Of a DNA stretch of 37,934 nt, positions 34,544 to 37,934 are shown piece after piece. Position 1 is the first letter of the stretch. The number at the start of each line of letters is the position of its first letter. The position numbers were made by a program, and so were the translations under genes. The notes under the pieces were generated by a model. That model saw only the letters and a program-made list of their open reading frames with translations, made no database searches and was not told the DNA's origin. The stretch spans positions 1 to 37,934 of the forward strand of contig DASQTE010000222.1 of the NCBI GenBank assembly GCA_035642035.1. The letters run 5' to 3'. This DNA is from Blastococcus sp. (GTDB taxonomy: Bacteria > Actinomycetota > Actinomycetes > Mycobacteriales > Geodermatophilaceae).

Positions 34544-35359
34544 TCAGGCGCCGGGCGTCGGGGCGTCGAGGAAGGTGGTGACCACGTCGAGGACGAGCGC
34601 CGTGCGCGCCAGCCCGAAGAAGTGCGTGGTGCCCGGGAACACCGCCAGCTGCGAGGCCGGGACGCCCACGAAGTCGCCGTTGACGTCGCCGCCGCGCAGC
34701 CGGAGGAACCGGACGGCGTGGTCGAGGGTCACCGCGTCGCAGTCGCCGACCGTGATCAGGGTCGGGGCGGCGATCCCCTCGATATCGGCGTCGGACCAGC
34801 CGGGGGCGCCGTCGTCGAACGCCCCGAGCTTGTCGAGCAGGTCCTGCAGCCGGTCGGGATGGGGCGACTTGGCGCGGTACGCCTCCTCCATCGGGGTGCC
34901 GGCGATCATGTCGACCGTCATCGCGCCGACCGCCTCGCTGTTCTCGGGCCGGTCCCCGTCGGGGTGGAAGGACGCCGACGACACGACGAGCCGGCGCACC
35001 AGCTCCGGGTGCTCGACGGCGAGGTGCAGCGCCACCGCGCCGCCCACGCTGAACCCGAAGACGTCCACCTGCTCGAGACCGAGGTGCCGGAGCAGCCCGA
35101 CGACGTCGGCGGCCAGATCTGCGCTGCGGAGCGGCCGGTCGACGTCGTTGGTCCGCCCGTGGCCCTGGAGGTCGGCGGCGATCACCTGGCGCGTGGCGGA
35201 CAGCCGCGGGATGAGCTGCCCGAACTGCAGGTCGAGGTCGAACAGGCCGCCGTGCAGCAGGAGCAGGGGCGTGCCGCCGGAGCCGTGGATCTCGTAGTAC
35301 ATCCGCAGGTCGCCGAGCGGGGCGTACCCGGTGCGGGGCGCGGTCTCCGGTGTCGGCAC
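34544..35359 (-). CDS. Alpha/beta fold hydrolase
   Basis: Probable GTG 35359; MYYEIHG, LLLLHGG, DLQGHGRT, nucleophile elbow GFSVGG, PTLITVGDCD, FPGTTH. Confidence 0.9.
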   Translation of the reverse strand: MPTPETAPRTGYAPLGDLRMYYEIHGSGGTPLLLLHGGLFDLDLQFGQLIPRLSATRQVIAADLQGHGRTNDVDRPLRSADLAADVVGLLRHLGLEQVDVFGFSVGGAVALHLAVEHPELVRRLVVSSASFHPDGDRPENSEAVGAMTVDMIAGTPMEEAYRAKSPHPDRLQDLLDKLGAFDDGAPGWSDADIEGIAAPTLITVGDCDAVTLDHAVRFLRLRGGDVNGDFVGVPASQLAVFPGTTHFFGLARTALVLDVVTTFLDAPTPGA

Positions 35360-35405
35360 GGCTCGATCCTGTCGGGCGGCGCCGCCCGGGGTCAACGCCG
35401 AGCCC

Positions 35406-37934
35406 TCAGTCCTTGCGCCCGGCGTCCACGACCCGCAGCACGGCGGCGCCCTCCTCGTCCGAGGCCTCCAGGTCCACCTCGACGTCGATGCCCCAGTCGT
35501 GGTCGCCCGCCGGGTCGTCGAGGATCTGCCGCACGCGCCAGAGGCCGGGCTCGGAGCGGTCGATGATCAGCAGCGCCGGTCCGCGGGCGTCGGCGCCGGT
35601 CCGCAGCTCGTCGTGCTCGGCGAAGTACGCCCGCACGACCTCCTCCCACCGGTCGGCGTCCCAGCCGGAGCCGCCGTCCAGCTCCCCGAGGTCGTACCAG
35701 CGGCGCCGGGCGACGAGCTCCACACGGCGGAACAGCCCGTTGCGCACCATCGCCGTGAACGCGCGCACGTTGCCGGTGAGCGGGCGCGGGCGGACCGGCA
35801 CCGACACCGGCGCGTCCAGCGGCTGGTCGGGGGAGGTCAGCTGCTCCCACTCGTCGAGCAGTGAGGAGTCGACCTGGCGCACCAGCTCGCCCAGCCACTC
35901 GACGATGTCGGTGACCTCCTCGGTGCGCGCGGAGGCCGGCACCCCCGACCGCAGGGCCTTGAACGCGTCGGACAGGTAGCGCAGCACCGCGCCCTCGGAG
36001 CGGGTCAGCCCGTAGTTCGACACGAACTCGCGGAAGGTGAACGCCTGCTCCCACATCTCCCGGACGACGGCCTTCGGCGACAGCAGCGCGTCCGCCGCCC
36101 AGGGGTTGGTCTGCCGGTAGACCTCGTAGGCGTGGCCGAGCAGCTCCTCGAGCGGCTTGGGGTAGCTGACCTCCTCGAGCAGCTCCATCCGCTCGTCGTA
36201 CTCGATGCCCTCGGCCTTCATCTGCGCGACGGCCTCGCCCTTCGCCTTGTTCAGCTGCGCGGCGAGGATCTGGCGCGGGTCGTCCAGCGTCGCCTCGATG
36301 ACCGAGACGACGTCGAGGGCGTACGTCTCGGACTCCGGGTCGAGCAGGTCGATCGCCGCCAGCGCGAACGTCGACAGCGGCTGGTTGAGCGCGAAGTCCG
36401 GCGGCAGGTCGATCTTGAGGTCGTAGCGGCGCCCGTCCGGCTCCGGTTCCGGCAGCCGCTCCAGGACGCCGGCCTGCAGCAGCGACCGCGCGATGCCGAT
36501 CGCCTCGCGGATGTGCTGCAGCTGCTTCTTCCGCGGCTCGTGGTTGTCGGTGAGCAGCCGGCGCATCGCGGCGAACGGGTCACCGGGCCGGTCGACGACG
36601 TCGAGGATCATCGACGTCGACACCCGCATGTTGCTGGTCAGCGGCTCCGGCGGGGCCTCGATGAGCCGCTTCTGGGTCGCCTCGCTCCAGGGCACCATGC
36701 CGTCGGGGACCTTCTTGCGCACGAGCTTGCGGCGCTTCTTCGGGTCGTCGGCGACCTTCGCGAACTGCTTGAGGTTCTCGACCTCGTGCTCGGGCGCCTG
36801 GACGACGACGGTGCCGGCGGTGTCGTAACCGGCCCGCCCCGCCCGGCCGGCGATCTGGTGGAACTCGCGGGCGGTGAGCAGGCGGGTGCGGGTGCCGTCG
36901 TACTTGGACAGCGCCGAGAAGACGACGGTGCGGATCGGCACGTTGATGCCGACGCCGAGGGTGTCGGTGCCGCAGATGACCTTGAGCAGCCCGGCCTGCG
37001 CTAGCTGCTCGATCAGCCGCCGGTACTTGGGCAGCATGCCCGCGTGGTGGACGCCGATCCCGTGGCGGACCAGGCGGGAGAGCGTCGTCCCGAAGGCGGA
37101 GGAGAACCGGAAGCCGCCGATCATCTCGGCGATCGCGGCCTTCTCCTCCTTCGTGGAGACGTTGACGCTCATCAGCGCCTGCGCCCGCTCCAGCGCGGAG
37201 GCCTGGGTGAAGTGGACGACGTAGACCGGCGCCTGCCTGGTGTCCAGCAGGTCCTGGATGGTCTCGTGCATCGGCGTCGTCGCGTAGTAGTGGTGCAGGG
37301 GCACCGGGCGCTCGGCGTTGGCGACCAGTGCGGTGGGCCGGCCGGTGCGGCGGGTGAGGTCCTCGCGCAGCGACGTGACGTCGCCGAGGGTGGCGCTCAT
37401 CAGCAGGAACTGGGCCCTCGGCAGCTCGAGCAGCGGCACCTGCCAGGCCCAGCCGCGGTCGGGCTCGCCGTAGAAGTGGAACTCGTCCATGACCACCAGG
37501 CCGATGTCGGCCTCCGGCCCCTCCCGCAGGGCGATGTTGGCCAGCACCTCGGCGGTGCACGCGATGATCGGCGCCCCGGCGTTGACGCTCGCGTCGCCGG
37601 TCAGCATGCCGACGTTGGCCGCCCCGAAGACGCCGCACAGCGCGAAGAACTTCTCGCTCACCAGCGCCTTGATCGGGGCGGTGTAGTAGCTGCGCCGTCC
37701 CGCGGCCAGCGCCGCGTACTGCGCCCCGGTGGCCACCAGCGACTTGCCCGAGCCGGTCGGTGTCGCGAGGACGACGTTCGCGCCGCTGACCAGCTCGATC
37801 AGCGCCTCCTCCTGCGCCGGGTAGAGCGTCGTCCCGCCGGCCTCGGCCCAGGATGCGAAGTCGCTGAACAGCTCGTCGGCGTCGGCGCCCTTGGCGCGCA
37901 GCGCGGAGAGGTCGGCCGGGTCGTCGAGCAGCGG
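35406..37934 (-). CDS. DEAD/DEAH-box (Ski2-like) RNA helicase with DUF3516-type C-terminus; start lies beyond the right edge
   Basis: Frame stays open to the window end (PLLDDPA...LYPAQEEAL...LATPTGSGKS); YTAPIKALVSEKF, MDEFH, MSATLG, HHAGMLP, TDTLGVGINVP, QIAGRAGR. Confidence 0.92.
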   Translation of the reverse strand, partial: PLLDDPADLSALRAKGADADELFSDFASWAEAGGTTLYPAQEEALIELVSGANVVLATPTGSGKSLVATGAQYAALAAGRRSYYTAPIKALVSEKFFALCGVFGAANVGMLTGDASVNAGAPIIACTAEVLANIALREGPEADIGLVVMDEFHFYGEPDRGWAWQVPLLELPRAQFLLMSATLGDVTSLREDLTRRTGRPTALVANAERPVPLHHYYATTPMHETIQDLLDTRQAPVYVVHFTQASALERAQALMSVNVSTKEEKAAIAEMIGGFRFSSAFGTTLSRLVRHGIGVHHAGMLPKYRRLIEQLAQAGLLKVICGTDTLGVGINVPIRTVVFSALSKYDGTRTRLLTAREFHQIAGRAGRAGYDTAGTVVVQAPEHEVENLKQFAKVADDPKKRRKLVRKKVPDGMVPWSEATQKRLIEAPPEPLTSNMRVSTSMILDVVDRPGDPFAAMRRLLTDNHEPRKKQLQHIREAIGIARSLLQAGVLERLPEPEPDGRRYDLKIDLPPDFALNQPLSTFALAAIDLLDPESETYALDVVSVIEATLDDPRQILAAQLNKAKGEAVAQMKAEGIEYDERMELLEEVSYPKPLEELLGHAYEVYRQTNPWAADALLSPKAVVREMWEQAFTFREFVSNYGLTRSEGAVLRYLSDAFKALRSGVPASARTEEVTDIVEWLGELVRQVDSSLLDEWEQLTSPDQPLDAPVSVPVRPRPLTGNVRAFTAMVRNGLFRRVELVARRRWYDLGELDGGSGWDADRWEEVVRAYFAEHDELRTGADARGPALLIIDRSEPGLWRVRQILDDPAGDHDWGIDVEVDLEASDEEGAAVLRVVDAGRKD

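Noticed and set aside
1-37934. CRISPR array, tRNA/rRNA, IS or prophage; the many long antisense ORFs
   Set aside because: No regularly spaced repeats, RNA-gene signatures or transposase/integrase motifs seen; long antisense and off-frame ORFs are expected in very GC-rich DNA where stop codons are scarce.

Overview
Very GC-rich actinobacterial DNA (gene content and style would fit Geodermatophilaceae such as Blastococcus/Geodermatophilus, but this is an inference). About 33 protein-coding genes; no rRNA, tRNA, CRISPR or transposase recognised. Left to right: partial HrpB helicase, LysE exporter, an LLM oxidoreductase + TreS-like GH13 pair; then the main point of interest, a tightly coupled 7-gene minus-strand biosynthetic operon (14193->3857): SbnA-like, a Pls/PosA-type membrane polymerase that has NO adenylation domain but TWO tandem carrier domains, a separate truncated-C/A/T NRPS protein whose pocket looks diamino-acid specific, a SyrP/DdaC-like Fe/2OG dioxygenase, SbnB-like, a threonine-synthase-fold PLP enzyme and an Sfp-type PPTase. 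This reads as a split, tailoring-equipped isopeptide (poly-diaminopropionate-like) synthetase system. Next come an HNH lipoprotein, GNAT, membrane protein and two TauE/SafE exporters; a LysR-controlled aldarate (glucarate/galactarate) uptake and catabolism locus (tctCBA-usp / lysR / kdgD-gudD-TalrD/GalrD-KGSADH) that runs by overlapping start/stop codons into ATP-grasp, AEC transporter, Mqo, FAD-linked 2-hydroxyacid dehydrogenase and an atypical arginase-family gene; then a membrane protein, an alpha/beta hydrolase and a partial Ski2-like DEAD/DEAH helicase. Many long ORFs in the supplied track are shadow frames; starts were re-called from overlaps, RBS and protein plausibility. All family calls are from motif recognition, not database searches.
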